Shown: positions 1-14,889, numbered from the stretch's first letter. The stretch is 64,000 nt of DNA from the human T2T-CHM13v2.0 reference genome, Homo sapiens (GCF_009914755.1 NC_060934.1); one strand, 5' to 3'. Numbers and translations are program-made. The notes: generated by a model not told the origin, from the letters alone.

Positions 1-300
1 TTCATATTCTACAGATGAGCAAATGGAGGTTCTGAGAATTTAAACAGCTCAAGGTGAGGCAGAATCAGAACACAAACCAAGTCTATTGCATTTTAAAGCC
101 TGACTCCTAAATAGCTACGCTTATTTAATAAGAATAGCTGGCATACACTGGTGCCTAATGGGACAACAGTGTGCTAAATTGTTTATGTCCATTACTTTGC
201 TTAACTTAGAAAATCCCTGTGAGATAGGTATGATTAGCATTCTCTTTTTATATATGAAGAACAGATACTTGGGAAATCTAAGAAGATTTTCGAAGGTCAA
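1..300 (-). mobile_element. Two adjacent degenerate MIR SINE fragments (~1-120 and ~135-300)
   Basis: Reverse-complement MIR core-like words (acagatgagcaaatggagg; ccctgtgagataggta...gaagaaacaga...aaggtca). Confidence 0.65.
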
Positions 301-1369
301 TAAAATAGTAACTCTATCTTTGTTCAAATTAACTTATTCTACTTAATTCAGTGACTGAAATAATGAAATCATTTTTTAAATGTGACCTCTATGATCTCAA
401 GAATATAAAAAGGACCATGCACATTTAAAGAGTACCTGAGTTCTGGTGGATGCTTTGAGATTTGCAATGCTTATTTCTCAATCTGCAGCTTTACTTTGAT
501 TGTAACTTGGTTTCCATTCAGTCTACTTTATGAGGTGTAATTTCATGAAGAGGCAAAAAGGGTAATTGTAGTGTGCAGTTAATTAGAATTTCTAATTAAA
601 ATCATCCTTAAAAAAAACAGCCAATGCCAATGGAAGAATGATTACTAATCTGTAAATTAAGGAAACTGTATACTGCAAGATTTTTTTTTTCTACTGGATT
701 GAAAAACACCCAGTTTAAGTTAACATATCATAAATAAAGATAATCACCTTAAATAAAGGTAAAATGCATAGGGCAATAGGTTGATTTAATTTGGCCAAAT
801 GTAATTCAGTTAAATACTGGGGATTCTGTAACTAACAACTAATCTTGCTTCACTTCCCCTCCACAGCCTTCAATTCCTTCTTTCTAATGTTTGGGCACAG
901 ATTTGATTTTCTCAAATAAGGGCTCAGTAAACCTGTCAGGCTTTCACAATTCCATTCGTATGTCTATACACAAGCACACATGTGCGTTTGCGTGTGGTTG
1001 GCAAGAACACATGTATGTGTTAATGCATGCCTGTGAGTGTGTGTGTCTGTGTGCTCTGTGACATATGGGTAAAATTTGTAGCATCTTGCTTGATACTCAC
1101 AGGTTAACTTCTTGCTTCAACTCCATGTTGTAGCAACAAACATTTCCCCATAATCTCATTTCACCAGGTGTAGGAAACTTCAAACTATCTTAATAACTTA
1201 AGAATCTTTCTGAAGTCATGCAGAATCTGTTCATTCTGCATTTGTGGCCATGGTTACATAAAAAAGTAATCATTGGGAAAAAATCTTATTTATCTGTATA
1301 GTAATAGTCAAAATTTTGGGTCAAGCTGTCTCTGAAAATTATGCTAAGAGCTTTGATAGAATATCAATA

Positions 1370-1654
1370 CAGTCACTCCTTGGTATCTGCAGTATCTGTG
1401 AGGGATTGGTTCCAAGATCCCCAAGGATACCAAAATCTAAGGATGCTCAAGTCACTTTTATAAAATGGCATAATATTTATTATAACCTATGCACCTCATC
1501 CCATTTATATATCTCTAGATTACTTATAATACCTACTACAATATAAATGCTAGCTGAATAGTTGTTATACTTCATTATTTATTGGTATTATTATTTTCTA
1601 TGTGTGCTTGTTTGAATCCACTTATATAAAATCTGTAGATATGAAAGCCTACTG
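1370..1654. mobile_element. MER2-type TcMar-Tigger non-autonomous DNA transposon
   Basis: Begins ta|cagtcactcc, ends cctactg|ca; internal gattggttcc...ggataccaaaatc...ggatgctcaagtc typical of MER2. Confidence 0.85.
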
Positions 1655-2342
1655 CATCATGTTTACTTTTTAGCATGCTAAATATGTAAATATCTTTTTG
1701 AAAATTAATAAACTGTATATTTTCGAGCAGTTTTAGATTTACAGAAAAGTTGAGCCCAAATACAGAGTTCCTATATAATCACTCCCCCCCCACAGTTTCC
1801 ACTATTATTAACACTTTTTACAATTGAAGAACAAATATGGAAATATTATTATTAACTGAAGTCCGTAGTTTCCATTAGTGCTCACTCTTTGTGTTCTTTG
1901 GGTTTTGACAAACACATGATGTCATGTATCCACCATCAGAGTATAACACAGAATACTCACATTTCCTTGAAAATCTTCTGTCTTTCATCTATTCATCCCT
2001 CCATCCTCCCCTGGTTCCTGGCAACTACTGATATTTTTTACTGTCTCTATAGTTTTGCCCTTTCTAAAATGTCATATAGTTGGGATCAAACAATACGCAG
2101 TCTTTTTGGGCTTATTTTTATCACTTAATGATATGCATTTAGGATTCTCTACCTTTTTTTCATGGCTTCATAGGTTATTCCTTTTTAGCTCTGAGTATTA
2201 TCCAATTGTATGGATGTACCATAGATTGTTTATTCTTGTTTATTTATTATTTGCAGTTCTTCTATTGAAGGATATCTTGGTTACTTCCAAGTGCTGGCAG
2301 TTATGAATAAAGCTGTTAGAAACATTTGTATGTAAGTTTGTA

Positions 2343-2346
<4 letters not shown>

Positions 2347-2378
<32 letters not shown>
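2347..2378. repeat. (TG)16 microsatellite
   Basis: Direct reading. Confidence 0.97.
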
Positions 2379-2381
<3 letters not shown>

Positions 2382-2960
2382 ATAACTTTTCAACTCATTT
2401 GAGTCAGCACCTAGGAGCTTGATTGCTGACAGTAAGAGTATATTTAGTTTTATAAGTAACTCCCAAACTGTCTCTCAAAGTGGTTGTACCATTTACATTC
2501 CCACCACAATGAATGAGAGTTCCTGTTGCACTATATGCTTGCCAGCCTTTGTTGTCTATGTTTTGGATTTTGATCATCTAATAAGTGTATAGTGGTATCT
2601 CATTTTGCAATTCACTAATGACATGCGATGTTGGGTATATTTTCATAGGCTTATTTGCCATCTGTATATCTCCTTTGGAGAGGTATTTGTTTAGATCATT
2701 TCCCACTTTTTAATTAGGTTGTTTCTTTACTTATTGTTCAGTTTAAAAAATTCCTTATATATTTTTCATACAAGTTCTTTCTCAGACAGATACGTGTTTT
2801 GCAAATATTTTCTCCCAGTGTGTGGTTTGTCATTTAGTTTTCTTAATGGTATTCTTCACAGAGCAGAAGTTTTAAATTTTAATTGATTTAAACTTAATTG
2901 ATAAGTCCCACACCAATTTTTTTCTTTCATAGATGGTACTTCATATAAAATTAATTGCCC

Positions 2961-3218
2961 AAAATTATAGAGATAGAAAGTAGAATGATAGTTACTAGAA
3001 TATGTGTGGGGATGAGGAGAATGGGAAATTATTGTTCTATGGGTATAGAGTTTCAGTTTTATAAAATGAAAAGAATTGTGGAGATAAATGTTGGTGATGG
3101 TTGCTCAATGTTATTATTGTATTTAATGCAATAGTACAACATTTTAAAGTGTACACTTAAAAATGTTTAAGATGGCAAATTTTGTGTTATGTGTATTTTA
3201 CCACCAAAAAATTTGGAA
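2961..3218 (+). mobile_element. L1MB-type 3' end nested in opposite orientation within the L1MC
   Basis: gaaagtagaatgatagtt...gggtatagagtttcagtttt...tgtacacttaaaaatg...ttttaccac then A-rich tail; degenerate duplication aaaattaattgcccaaa / aaaacttcttcccaaa. Confidence 0.85.
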
Positions 3219-4101
3219 AAAACTTCTTCCCAAACCCAAGGTAACCTAGATTTTTTTTCCTTGTTATCTTATAGAAGTTTTATACAGTTTTATATTTTAC
3301 ACTTAGATCTATGATCTATTTTGACCCAATTTTTGTGAACAATGTAAGGTCCGTGTTTAGATACACTTTTTTTGCAAGAGATGTTCAGTTGTTCAGACAC
3401 ATATATTAACTTTTTGTTTGCTTCTTTATTGATATTTATAGTATCGAATCAATATTTCCAAAATAAGAAGCTCATCAAATGCCTGTGTTTTAGGGTTCTT
3501 CTTTGCCATTTCCTTATTGCTAGGAATTCAGCATCTAGGCACTCATTTGAATGGATTTGTTTGAATATTTATACTCGTCAGCAAAAAAATTCCCTTTTCA
3601 GTCTTAGTTGCTTTGGCTGCTACGAACAGGGTGGATTCTTTTGAGTATATGAGAGTATTTGAGGTCATGGATAGAAGAGCTTCATTATTCAAATTCCATA
3701 TCATCAGAAAAATGGGGAAATAAAATGGGAGGTAAGGATACATATCTCTTATTAAGTAGCTTTGGGAGATGTCAGAATATACCACATGTAAACTTCTGTT
3801 TTCACAAAGGGCAGGGGGATGAGTGAGCACAGGGACCTGCCACAGTTTCTCCTATGTAGCTTCTGATCATTTCTGTTAAATGGTATGGCTCCCTTCTTGC
3901 ACTATTCTTTAAGTCTTCTCAGTTAGATCATTCTTGGACATCTGTTCAGCTTAAAAATCAGATGTTCTGGGGAAAATACTTGGCCAGGTTTGTAACAATT
4001 TCATCAGAGATAGTGCTGTTTTTAAAGGTAATTACAACATATATCTGCATCTGGACAAGGACCAAAAAAGAATGCAGAAGAGGGAAAAATATCTATATGT
4101 G

Positions 4102-4102
<1 letters not shown>

Positions 4103-4140
<38 letters not shown>
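4103..4140. repeat. (TG)19 microsatellite
   Basis: Direct reading. Confidence 0.97.
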
Positions 4141-4144
<4 letters not shown>

Positions 4145-5119
4145 ATACACATATACACATGAACACACATAAATGTTTAGTTTCCTCTTCTTTCCTAACT
4201 TGAAACTATTTATGACAAAATAGTTTACATTTATATAGCATCATGGTCAAAGTGCTTTACATTTAATAATTTATTTAATCCAAAGTGGAAAGAAGCTCCC
4301 TTTTTTAAATTAACATCAAAGCAGTTTATTTTCAGGGTGGGAATTCAAATATTTGAGCATACTTTTTACTTGGCAAGTCATTTTCTCCCCTAGGACAGAT
4401 AAGAGGCTATTAAATCTAGCACAGCAGACTGAGAATTCAGCAAATCAAATGACAGATAAGGAATTGAAATATGAGCTGCATATCAAATTCTGAATTTAGG
4501 CAGTTTGGAGAAAGAAATGTTTCAATGGTTTTAATGGGAATTTGTGTTTTAAAAGGGTGTGTTCAAGAAATACTGGGAAGAGGATTAAAAAATAGTGACA
4601 AAAATAGGTGAGGAAGAAAAGCACATGATTGAACATTAGAAGTAAATGCCTAAAATATCTGTACTTCTCAGTTTTACAAAACAATCAATAGTAAGGTGAT
4701 ATGAGAACATTCTCCTTTAGCTCTTGCTCTATTAAAAAAATAATACTGATTCAGTAACAGTCTAAATCCCAAGTGAATTTTCTCCACTAATGCCATAAAT
4801 AACTCACTTCCTGCAGGCACATCATTTTTCACTGTTGAAAATTAAAATTGTTAAGTAGAGTATTGGCAAGAGAGAAAATAAGCCAAGCTTTCATACCTTG
4901 TTCTTGTTGCTTCTATATTTACGTGTGACTGAATTTGGTTGGATCTTAAGTATTTGGTACTGTGTTTGTCATAACTACTTGTAAACCTATGTCTTCTAGT
5001 TTAGCTTTAAACATTACGCTTGTGATTTCTATAAAAACCTTCATGTTTTACAAGAAATGAAATGTGTTATTTTATATTATTTTGCCTGTGACATGGAACT
5101 CCCAAGTATGGTTATTTTT

Positions 5120-5274
5120 GGTCCATAAGCATGCTACTCATACAGTTCCACAGGACCCCATGCTAAAAAGGGCCTTCCACTCGGTTGAGTGCTCTGCCAT
5201 CACTATTAATTTTTGAACAAGGGCCTCTACATTTTCATTTTGTACTGAGCCTTTCAAATCACATAGCTGGTCTG
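5120..5274 (+). mobile_element. MER45A-type hAT-Tip100 DNA transposon
   Basis: cacaggaccccatgct...ttttgaacaagggcc...cattttcattttgtactgagcc...tagctggtctg resembles the MER45 consensus. Confidence 0.75.
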
Positions 5275-5493
5275 GTATGTTTGAATAAGAAGTTCAGTAA
5301 CAAATAGACCAAAGTCTCAATCTCACCCCTGGGCCTTGCAGCCAAATGAACATGGAAAAGCTAATTGGCACTAGTGAGCCTATTCTACCCTTATTTATAA
5401 CCCTTATTTATAAAATAAGGATTAAAACTGTCTCTCTCAAAAGGCTATAATGGGAATTGAAAAAATAAAACATTTAAAGAGCCTCACAAATAA

Positions 5494-5933
<440 letters not shown>

Positions 5934-6408
5934 TAATGTGTATAAATTAAGCCACAAATTATTGGGTTCATGAGTAAAACCTTACTTTGAAAAACTCTAG
6001 CTTGAACTTTGCAATCCTCACTTTCCTTTGGGAATGAATATTTTTATTTTTCCACATTCTCTCCTGTTATTAGGGCATCAATGTTAGTTCATAATTGTTG
6101 CCTTTTTTTCTGCTTAAGTGATCTCCTATCTTAATAATCAAAACATAATTTGTTACTTTGGAGAAGGGCACTCAGGTGAAAAATGAGAATGCAGATATAA
6201 GCATGATGCTTTGACAGAACGCCAGCCATTGTCTTTTAGCATTGGTTTCTTATGAACAATATTTCTGTGCTATGACTGGCCTCATTTGAAGGTATGTTCT
6301 GTATGGGAGGTGAAGGACACAGTGCTTTTGGCTGCAGAAATCTGGAGAGTTGGCACAGGGTTTTAAATGAGGGATCAAGATTTACTGGAGGATCTCTTCC
6401 CCAAGCAA

Positions 6409-6437
6409 TTGTTGTTGCTGTTGTTGTTGTTGTTGTT
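6409..6437. repeat. (GTT)n trinucleotide repeat with one interruption
   Basis: Direct reading. Confidence 0.85.
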
Positions 6438-7539
6438 TGTCATTGTCTTTTTTGGGGGGGGAACGGGGGGAGTTTTGGCTGTATGGGTGAGTATAATTAA
6501 TAAAAATGCGTCGAAGACTGCAAATAAATGAGTTTATGAGAGGGAAGAATGTGCAGGTAATTGTGTAGGCTAGCCCAGAGATATACCCAGCTCTGCTCTC
6601 AACTCATAAGGTTTTTTTTTTAATCTTAATTACTTTTCCAAATAAGCCTTTCTAATTGAAAAAGTATTCTTCAACAAGAATAATTAAAACTATGGAACAT
6701 GAAAGATGGGTAATTAGTTAGCTCATTCATATCAATTGACAGATGAATAAACTGAGGTCATACAATTTTTAGTGGACTAATGAAAATAAGCAGAAAGTAT
6801 AACCTATCTGAACTCTAAGTCTGTGTGAGTTTAGGTTCATGAACGAGTTTCCCCAGAACTTAATCAACTGTGCACTAAATAACATAGACTTTTAGTTCTG
6901 GAGGGCAGAACCAGCCTTGAGAGTTTTGTTAACTACAGATTTTTACTGTACACTGTCCTAGTCACAGACCACCCACCCCTCTTCTCCGGCTACACAGTAG
7001 TTACCTCCTCCTCATGTGGGCCTGCCAGATCCACTGCAGATTCTTAAATAGCCATTGCTGTACCAAATGAAATTCTATCTGAGAACCTGTTTTGAGGGTA
7101 TTATTTCTTCTCTACAACCTTGTGGCCATCTCACCTACACTCTCTAAGCCTCAATTATTCATCTGTAAATTTAGCATAATGATAATTATCTCTGCTCAGC
7201 CTCCTTCAAAGCACTGAATTAATGGAAAGCTTAGAAAACATACACTGAAGCACTTTTTAGTGTGCTCTATCAATTGAATATTATAGTGTTCATATTGGCT
7301 TTTTATAATAGGTATACTACTATTATTGATATTAACACAATAATGTGTTCAAACTATTGAAATAGGATTACTTAAAAACTGCGTTAATATTCAATAGCTT
7401 AAATCTGAATTGTAATTACTTTTAGAACTTTATACACTAAGTGATTTCTAAAGTGACTAAAATAGGGAAGAATATTTCTTGTTTTGAAGGAGCATAATGA
7501 TTTGCAAATCATGGATGATAGGTTCAAAGAAAAATAATT

Positions 7540-7693
7540 GGTTGAAAAACAAACTGTTGGGTACCATGCTCACTATCTGGGTGACAGGATCATTCATACT
7601 GCAAACCTCAGCATCATGCAATATGCCCATGTAACAAACTTGAACTTGTACCCCTAAATCTAAAATAAAAGTTGAAATTATTAAAAAAAAAAA
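7540..7693 (+). mobile_element. L1PA15/16-type extreme 3' end with poly(A)
   Basis: gggtaccatgctcactatctgggtgacaggatc...aaacctcagcatcatgcaatat...aatctaaaataaaagttgaaatt plus A-tail. Confidence 0.88.
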
Positions 7694-7875
7694 ACAAGAA
7701 AACGAAACAAAGCTAAACTGAGAAATATTTAGGAATATGTTTATTATCCTTGGGAGAAGACAAGGAGAAGCTGTTGGCTGTTTGATGCTCTAACAAAATT
7801 TTCATCAAAACCGTATTCCCAAAATGGCCTTGAAAGGCAACTACATTGACTGTCAATGATAACAGCAGGATTGGA

Positions 7876-8100
7876 CAGCATGGTTGTTGGTTACTTACAG
7901 TCTGGAACCAGAATGCCTGAGTTTAATTGCTGGTTATGCCACTTATCATGAAATATTAAGCAAAATACTTGGCTTCTCTGTGGTTTAATTTCCTCAGTTA
8001 TAAAATGAGGATAATCTAATTGGGTTGTTATAATGAGTAAATGTGAAAATATTGCTTAGAACAGTACTTGGTGTTTTAAGTATTTATTAAATATATTTCT
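7876..8100 (+). mobile_element. MIR SINE
   Basis: tctggaaccagaatgcctgagttt...gccactta...tttcctcagttataaaatgaggataat...gcttagaacagt. Confidence 0.8.
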
Positions 8101-8434
8101 TAACTGGTGATCAATTAGATTCTATTCACCATCTTTATTTTATCTTGTGTTTAGTTGCTTTTGAAATTAGAAAAATAAATCAAGTAGCATGTCATCATAT
8201 CTATACAATACATATTTTTTAAAATGTGGACATCATTCAAATGCTCAGGCTTGTAGAATTTATGTATATTGTTAACAATTTTAATGATTTTGAATGTAAT
8301 CAAAAAGATATTTTGAAGAGGAAATGGATTGGATAATTGTGATCTGTTGATTTTTTCATGCTAAAAAATCATGTTTTTTCATGTTTTTCATGTTTTCATG
8401 TTTTTTAAATGATACTGAAATCTTTGCATTAGGA

Positions 8435-8943
8435 CAATGTTTCTCAAAATGTGACCCAGGAACCCCTCAGGTGTCCATGCCTATTTCAGAGGGTTCACAA
8501 GGTCAAAACTATTAACAAAATAATACTAAGATGTGATTTGCCTTATTCATGCTCATTGTCTCACAAGTATATCATATTTTTCCAAGATTACATGACCTAT
8601 AGTATTACAAAAGTTGAATGCAGACACAGATCTGAGAACTCAACTGTCTTCCATTAAAATAGTCATTAAGGATATTCATTAAATTGTAAAACAACACCAC
8701 TCTCGTTAATTTTATTTTGTTTTTGAAAATGTATTTTTATAAAAGTATATGCTATTCATATAAACATGATGTGTTAGTACTATACATTTTAATGAAGTAA
8801 TACATAAATATTTTTAATTTTCAAAATTTTAATTCTTTAGATTAATTATTAATAGATATAACTGGCTTAAACAAAAGCTCCTTGGCATCCCCAGTAAGTT
8901 TTAAGAATGTAAAGGGGTCCTGGAAAAAAAATTAAAATTACTG
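8435..8943. mobile_element. Charlie4a (MER80)-type hAT DNA transposon
   Basis: caatgtttctcaaa...aaggtcaaaactatt...aaaggggtcctg...actg; 8-bp TSD-like cattagga / cattagac. Confidence 0.8.
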
Positions 8944-9518
8944 CATTAGACTATCTGTAGTCTCTTAGAAATTCATCTTGGGCAAGTGGTTTAATGGAGT
9001 TGCACAAGTCTGTGGAACAACCAAGAGGTAGGCCCAACATCATCCAGGCTCTCCAGCCCAATCTTCTCTGGATGAATGGAACAACTAGCTTCTGTGTGTT
9101 GTTTCTTTCAGTTCTAGAGCCGCTGATATGACAGATGGACAGGCCATGAATCAGAGAGCACAGGGGTTCTCTGTTTAGAGTCAGTAAAAACATGAATTTG
9201 AGTGACATTTTTCAACCAGAGCTCCTGATATTTGGAAGCTGGCAGCAATACATATTTAAAACAGTATGTAGGCACAGAGAGAAAGTAATGTGAAAGTGTA
9301 AATAGTCGATGTGATGATACTCAGAGATTTAAAAATTATATTTCCATTTTGAGGAAAGTAGTTTTTTTGTGTTGTTTTACAAGATTGAATTGCTACATAA
9401 TTTTACAAGTCATATACATGTGTTTATATACATTTGATAGTTCACTATAATTGCAAAAATTAATTTAGCTTCCCTTGGAATTGAGAGCTGCTGGGTTCAA
9501 AATTTGGCAGACAAGTAC

Positions 9519-9592
9519 AAGTGAGCACAGGCCTACCCAGGACCTCCTGGTTCCAAAGTGAGCACAGGCCTACCCAGGACCTCCTGGTTCCA
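9519..9592. repeat. Perfect 37-bp tandem duplication
   Basis: aagtgagcacaggcctacccaggacctcctggttcca at 9519-9555 and 9556-9592. Confidence 0.97.
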
Positions 9593-9605
9593 TCCTTTTC
9601 CCAGC

Positions 9606-10311
<706 letters not shown>

Positions 10312-11917
10312 TCAAATTTCTAATATTAGCAAGGAACCATTCCCGCAGAGTTGGCCCAGTTTCCCAGAGCCATTCCCTCATTCAGGCTGTCTCATATTTG
10401 GTTATATTAGCCTCAGATGTTGACCAGTAATTAAGCTTATATTTGGTTCTACTCTTTACAACATGGGGATTGCTGGCCTACGCATTGCAAGGGAGACTCA
10501 CCTCCTCTCTGCGTTACCCCAGTGCTTTCTTAGCACCCAGACTCTCTGTCAGTCTCCCTTAACTCTGTTCTCTCCCAGATCCTGCTTGGAAAATTGCCGC
10601 TGTTCATATCAATTATTTTTCAGAAACCATGGATGCATTACCAAAATGTAGATAAGAAATGGTAACGAAAGCACAACCCAAGGCATTCATTATGAGGTTA
10701 GACAGAACCTCTTTCTTTGGATGCTAAAGCAGGCACCTGGGAAAAACAAAATACCAACCCAAACCCTGAAGAAATGTCACTAATTAATTGAAGGTGTATC
10801 ACTCAATTCAGAATTGAGACATCTCCAGCTGCATTTTCAACCAGATGTTCTTTCAGGCATGTAGTGTCACTACTAGAGAGAAACTTCAACAGTCCTGATT
10901 CTCATAATGAGTCTATTGAAATATCAGGTGGGAAGCCTTCCAGGTGTGAGATCACATTGCTAAAAAACTGGTAATGAGGGGCAATTCTGCTTCATTTCAA
11001 TATTTATATAGCTTGTTAAGGGAACTTTCTACTAAAGACACCCCTCGGAGTCTAAAAAAAAATGCATTAAGTAGGTGGACAGGGGCTTTGATTTTCCCTC
11101 CCTTTGAGGGGAGGTAAATGCATAGTTCCACAAGCTTAGAATACAATGAATCAGGTAACTGAGATAATATTATCTTCTGCACTCACACTACCACAGGATT
11201 CACTTTTTCATGTATCATATATTTGCAATTTCCCATTGACTAGGGTAATTGGCAATTCCTGTGAGCTAACTTAAAAATCTGTTTTTCTCTTTAACTAAAA
11301 CATAGTATAAAATCAGGATCAAATATCTGTTCTGCAACTGTGGAAATGGCTTATTTCCAGAAATGTTTAGGATGTATAATAGTTTGTACCCAGATGTAGT
11401 TATAGAACAGTCACTGAAAAATGGTTGTTTTCTTGCATATTATTTCAACCTCCCACCCATGTTAATTGCCAGTGACATTTTGGGTTGTTTTTCAATACTT
11501 TAATGAGAACTAAAGCTTCTGAAGGAGTCTTGCTGTATCTACCATCTGATTGAATTTGATGTCCCAATTATTGATGTCTTTGCCAGTCTGTGAAGGAAAC
11601 CCAACCTCCAATGGGTGAAGTAGCAGCTAGGTTAGGCAGATATTTTATTTAATTTTTAGCTCTAGCAAAACTTAACGGTAATGATCAAGAATCTTGTAAG
11701 TATGAAGTATTAATCTTGAATAGGCATGTTTGTACAGAGTTCATGTCTCTGTATCTGAAGACATTAGCCCCTAGGGTAATTTATTATGAGACACACTGAA
11801 ATTTAAGTTGTATAAAAACAAGTTATCGGAGGAAGCTAAGAAGGCCCCTAGGTGGAGCAGAGGTACTAAACCCTCAGCTTGATAAATACTGAGGAGGGAA
11901 GGTCATTACAATAAATA

Positions 11918-12078
11918 TTGCCTACTCAAAATGTGATCCATGGACCTGTAGGATGCTGTAGCATTGGCTTCTACCACGGGCTTGTTAGAACTGAATCTCA
12001 GTCCCCCTGCTCCCCACAGACCTACTGAACCAGTTTAACACATTACCCATAAGATTTATATAGATGCTGCAAAACTCC
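11918..12078. mobile_element. MER5-type hAT-Charlie MITE
   Basis: ctactcaaaatgtgatccatggacc...cttgttagaa...gaatctcag...cagacctactgaacca. Confidence 0.65.
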
Positions 12079-13514
12079 ATTAACAAGGGGTTGTGGTGCA
12101 CCTGTGCTCAGCTTGGGCTGTAGAGTACCAGCTGGCATGATAAGTGAGGCAGCTGGGATTCTGATTCTGACACTGTTGATGCTCAACATCAGGTAGGGAC
12201 CAGGTTGGTGTGCCACCTAGATCTTGCAGTTTGGAACCAAAGATTTCAATGAATTGCCAAGGTGTTGGGTGCAAAGGAAGTCAGTATCAAAGAAAGAGAG
12301 GTTCCATCCATGTAGGGGCCACACTATGGCCAAGAACGCTGTCAGGCTTTAGTTCATTAAATTCAGGGCTACAGACCAAGATGAATGAGTCATTGCCCAT
12401 TCCATCAAGACATCAGGTGATTAAAACATCAAGATAAAAATGGCCTCAAGACCCATCCACACAACATGGGTTAAGGCAAGAGTCCTGGGGTTTCCCTGAG
12501 GCACATCAGCTGTCAGTCTTGGGGACCACATTTCATATTCTTTTCACTAGTGGGAAAGGGCTTCTCAGGTTCTCCTGAGCATACGGCCCGGGTGACGGGC
12601 TTCCATTGAGTTCTTAAAGCCTAGAAGACAAGGATTAATGTCCCAACCTATTCAGTTTAAAGTGGAGGAGTGCAGCAAACTCAATCCAAAAAATAATATC
12701 CCTAAGAAACAGTACTTTTTGAAGGATAGGCATCCCAAATTGATATTTTCATGAATGAAATGGGGAAAAAATGATAATGATACAAAATACTAATGCAACT
12801 GTGCGGTTTAAGTGCAGTCAAACTTGGCAGGATCCCATGATAAACATTCATAGTTTTAATGGCATCTAAACTGTAGTAACAATCAATGAGTTAGTAAAGC
12901 TTGAAATTAGTAAACTCAATTTGATTCAGAGTTTGTGGTGAGCAATTCTAATACTTGTGTGTTCTTAAGGAATTACCTTTGAATTTTTTCTTTTAAATAT
13001 GTCAAGGTCTTAATAGTATTGACTTTCTTTGACTGTATTATCTCTTTGAACCCTTGCGTCAACACTGTTAAATAAATAATCTTAGCCTTATGTTTAAAAT
13101 TAGGCTTAGAGAGGTTAAGTAACTTTCCCAAGGCCATTCAGTAAAGTACAACTCACAAAAACCTTCTGAAAATTTTCCAATTGACTCTGTCTACTATTCC
13201 CCAAGGATTTTGAATCTCATTACTTAGGCCTTTGTGAGTTATCAAATCTTTTAAGCAAAAAGGTTTTCTTTCTTCAGTCACTTATTCATTCAGTTACTTC
13301 TATCTTACAGGGCCTGGGGACCTGTAGGTAAAAAATTGTCACAAAACAATGTTTCTTTAGCTTTGATCCCATTCTGCAGAGAACTCTAGTTTTTCTCCAG
13401 TGCCAACAAAGCATTTCTGGGAAACACCAGAGGTTTTATCCTTTGTATTCTGAATGAATCCCATTTGCTACCACAGATTGTGTGACATTTCTTTCCTTTT
13501 ATGCTTAGGTTTTC

Positions 13515-13975
13515 TGTGGTCACTGTGGATTAATAAGGATAAACAAAACTTCCAAAATAAATACAAACAAACATGTAATGGCTCAGTGAAACATAAGATT
13601 ATTTATTTCTCCCTAATATAGTTCAGAGAGCTTCCAGGTAAAGCAGTGGGCAGGAAGATAGGGGTTCTCTCCACATTTATTAAGGGATTCTGGATGATGT
13701 CAGTTTTGCCATCTTTAATGTGTGATTTTTAAGGTCTTCCTGAGGGTCACCAGTCCAATCGGCTAAAAGAAGAGAATATGAATTGAGTACATGTGGGGAG
13801 GTTTTCTGGGGCCAGGCCTGGAAATGGTACAGAGGATGTCCTCTTACATTTCACTGGCTAGATCTCAGTCACATGGCAAACAATTTCTAGGCAGGCAAAG
13901 AAATATGGTTTGCCTTGTGCATAAGAAGAGGAGGAAATGCATTTTTCGTGGGTAGCTTGTACTCTCAGTGAGACT
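13515..13975 (-). mobile_element. LTR33-type ERVL solo LTR
   Basis: tgccatctttaatgtgtg...ggggaggttttctggggccaggcctggaaatgg...ctcagtcacatggc...aagaagaggaggaaa. Confidence 0.72.
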
Positions 13976-14889
13976 ACTCATGTGCCAAATGGAAGCCATG
14001 GTACCAGCACATAGCAGAGGCAGTCACTGCCACTGCTCATGTTTATAAGATCATTTCCCCTGCTGACAGTCATCAGCCAAGACTAGAATGCCCACATTCA
14101 ATGAAAATGTGACCCTCATGCAGCTATCTATGCTGCTGACTCCATGCCTCTACCATGTTCAGCTGAGCTTGTGGAGATTGGAGGAAATAGACGATTAAAT
14201 GTTCACTGCTGTTTTACTAAAGACCCCTTGCCTGGACATATATCTAAATGTGTATATGTTGAGGGATTGTCAGCTGGGACAGGGGTTTAAACCCATAAAA
14301 GTGTTCTGTGTTGTCCTCCAAATCATGCTTCCTTTCTAATGCTTGGGTGAAGCAGCTTTGGCTCAGACTTAGACACTTGCTTAATATCTTCTAGGTACTT
14401 GAAGAGCTTATGGCCCAATGGGACTAACTGATGCATATACAAAAAATTACACAATCAAATCTCAATTTCCTACTGTTTATTCTTCCTTTGTTAATTTCTC
14501 ACTCTCTTAGTTTATTTGAATTCTGCTACCAGTTTGTCTGTCCCTTCCCTTTGACCCTGTTGTTTGCACTGTTCTTAGAGTCAAGATTTCAGTGTCATGA
14601 TAAAGGACCAGCTCATCACATAATAAGAGTTGTAAGAGTAGTGACCCAAGAACATATAAGGGGGAAGTTCTCTACTGAAGGGTCTGTGAAAATTTGTTGC
14701 CCCATGGGGCTGGACCAAAGCCTTGCTATTGATCTTACTGAACAGGTCACTGTTGGTCAGGAATGTGATAAAAAGGCTGCAGTTAATACCAACAAACAAA
14801 TATTATTTGTAACATGAGCTCTTGAGATTATGGTAGAAATGTCACAGTCTGTATTTGCATTTGATTATAGGAGCTACCTTTATTTATAA

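Larger units (their letters stand above)
1703..3400 (-). mobile_element. L1MC1/L1MC2-type LINE-1 3' portion, interrupted by (TG)n and a nested L1MB
   Basis: gagcagttttagatttacagaaaagttgagc, aatgtcatatagttgggatca and antisense ORF2-end sequence; resumes at ~3220. Confidence 0.85.

Noticed and set aside
9519-9592. 37-bp direct repeat (and the period-40 repeat at 59281) as a CRISPR-like array
   Set aside because: Only two copies, no proper spacers, no cas genes, and a mammalian context
10496-10665. Minus-strand donor (GAG|GTGAGT, 10501-10496) and plus-strand acceptor (tctcccAG, 10578)
   Set aside because: Isolated signals on opposite strands, no strong partner sites and no recognisable peptide
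12080-12600. GC-richer segment possibly from an ancient LTR
   Set aside because: Could not be matched to any consensus with confidence
14431-14817. 128-aa ATG-initiated ORF with a hydrophobic N-terminus in unique sequence
   Set aside because: No recognisable domain; hydrophobicity follows from T-rich DNA; this length is expected by chance in 64 kb. PhyloCSF or ribosome profiling would be decisive
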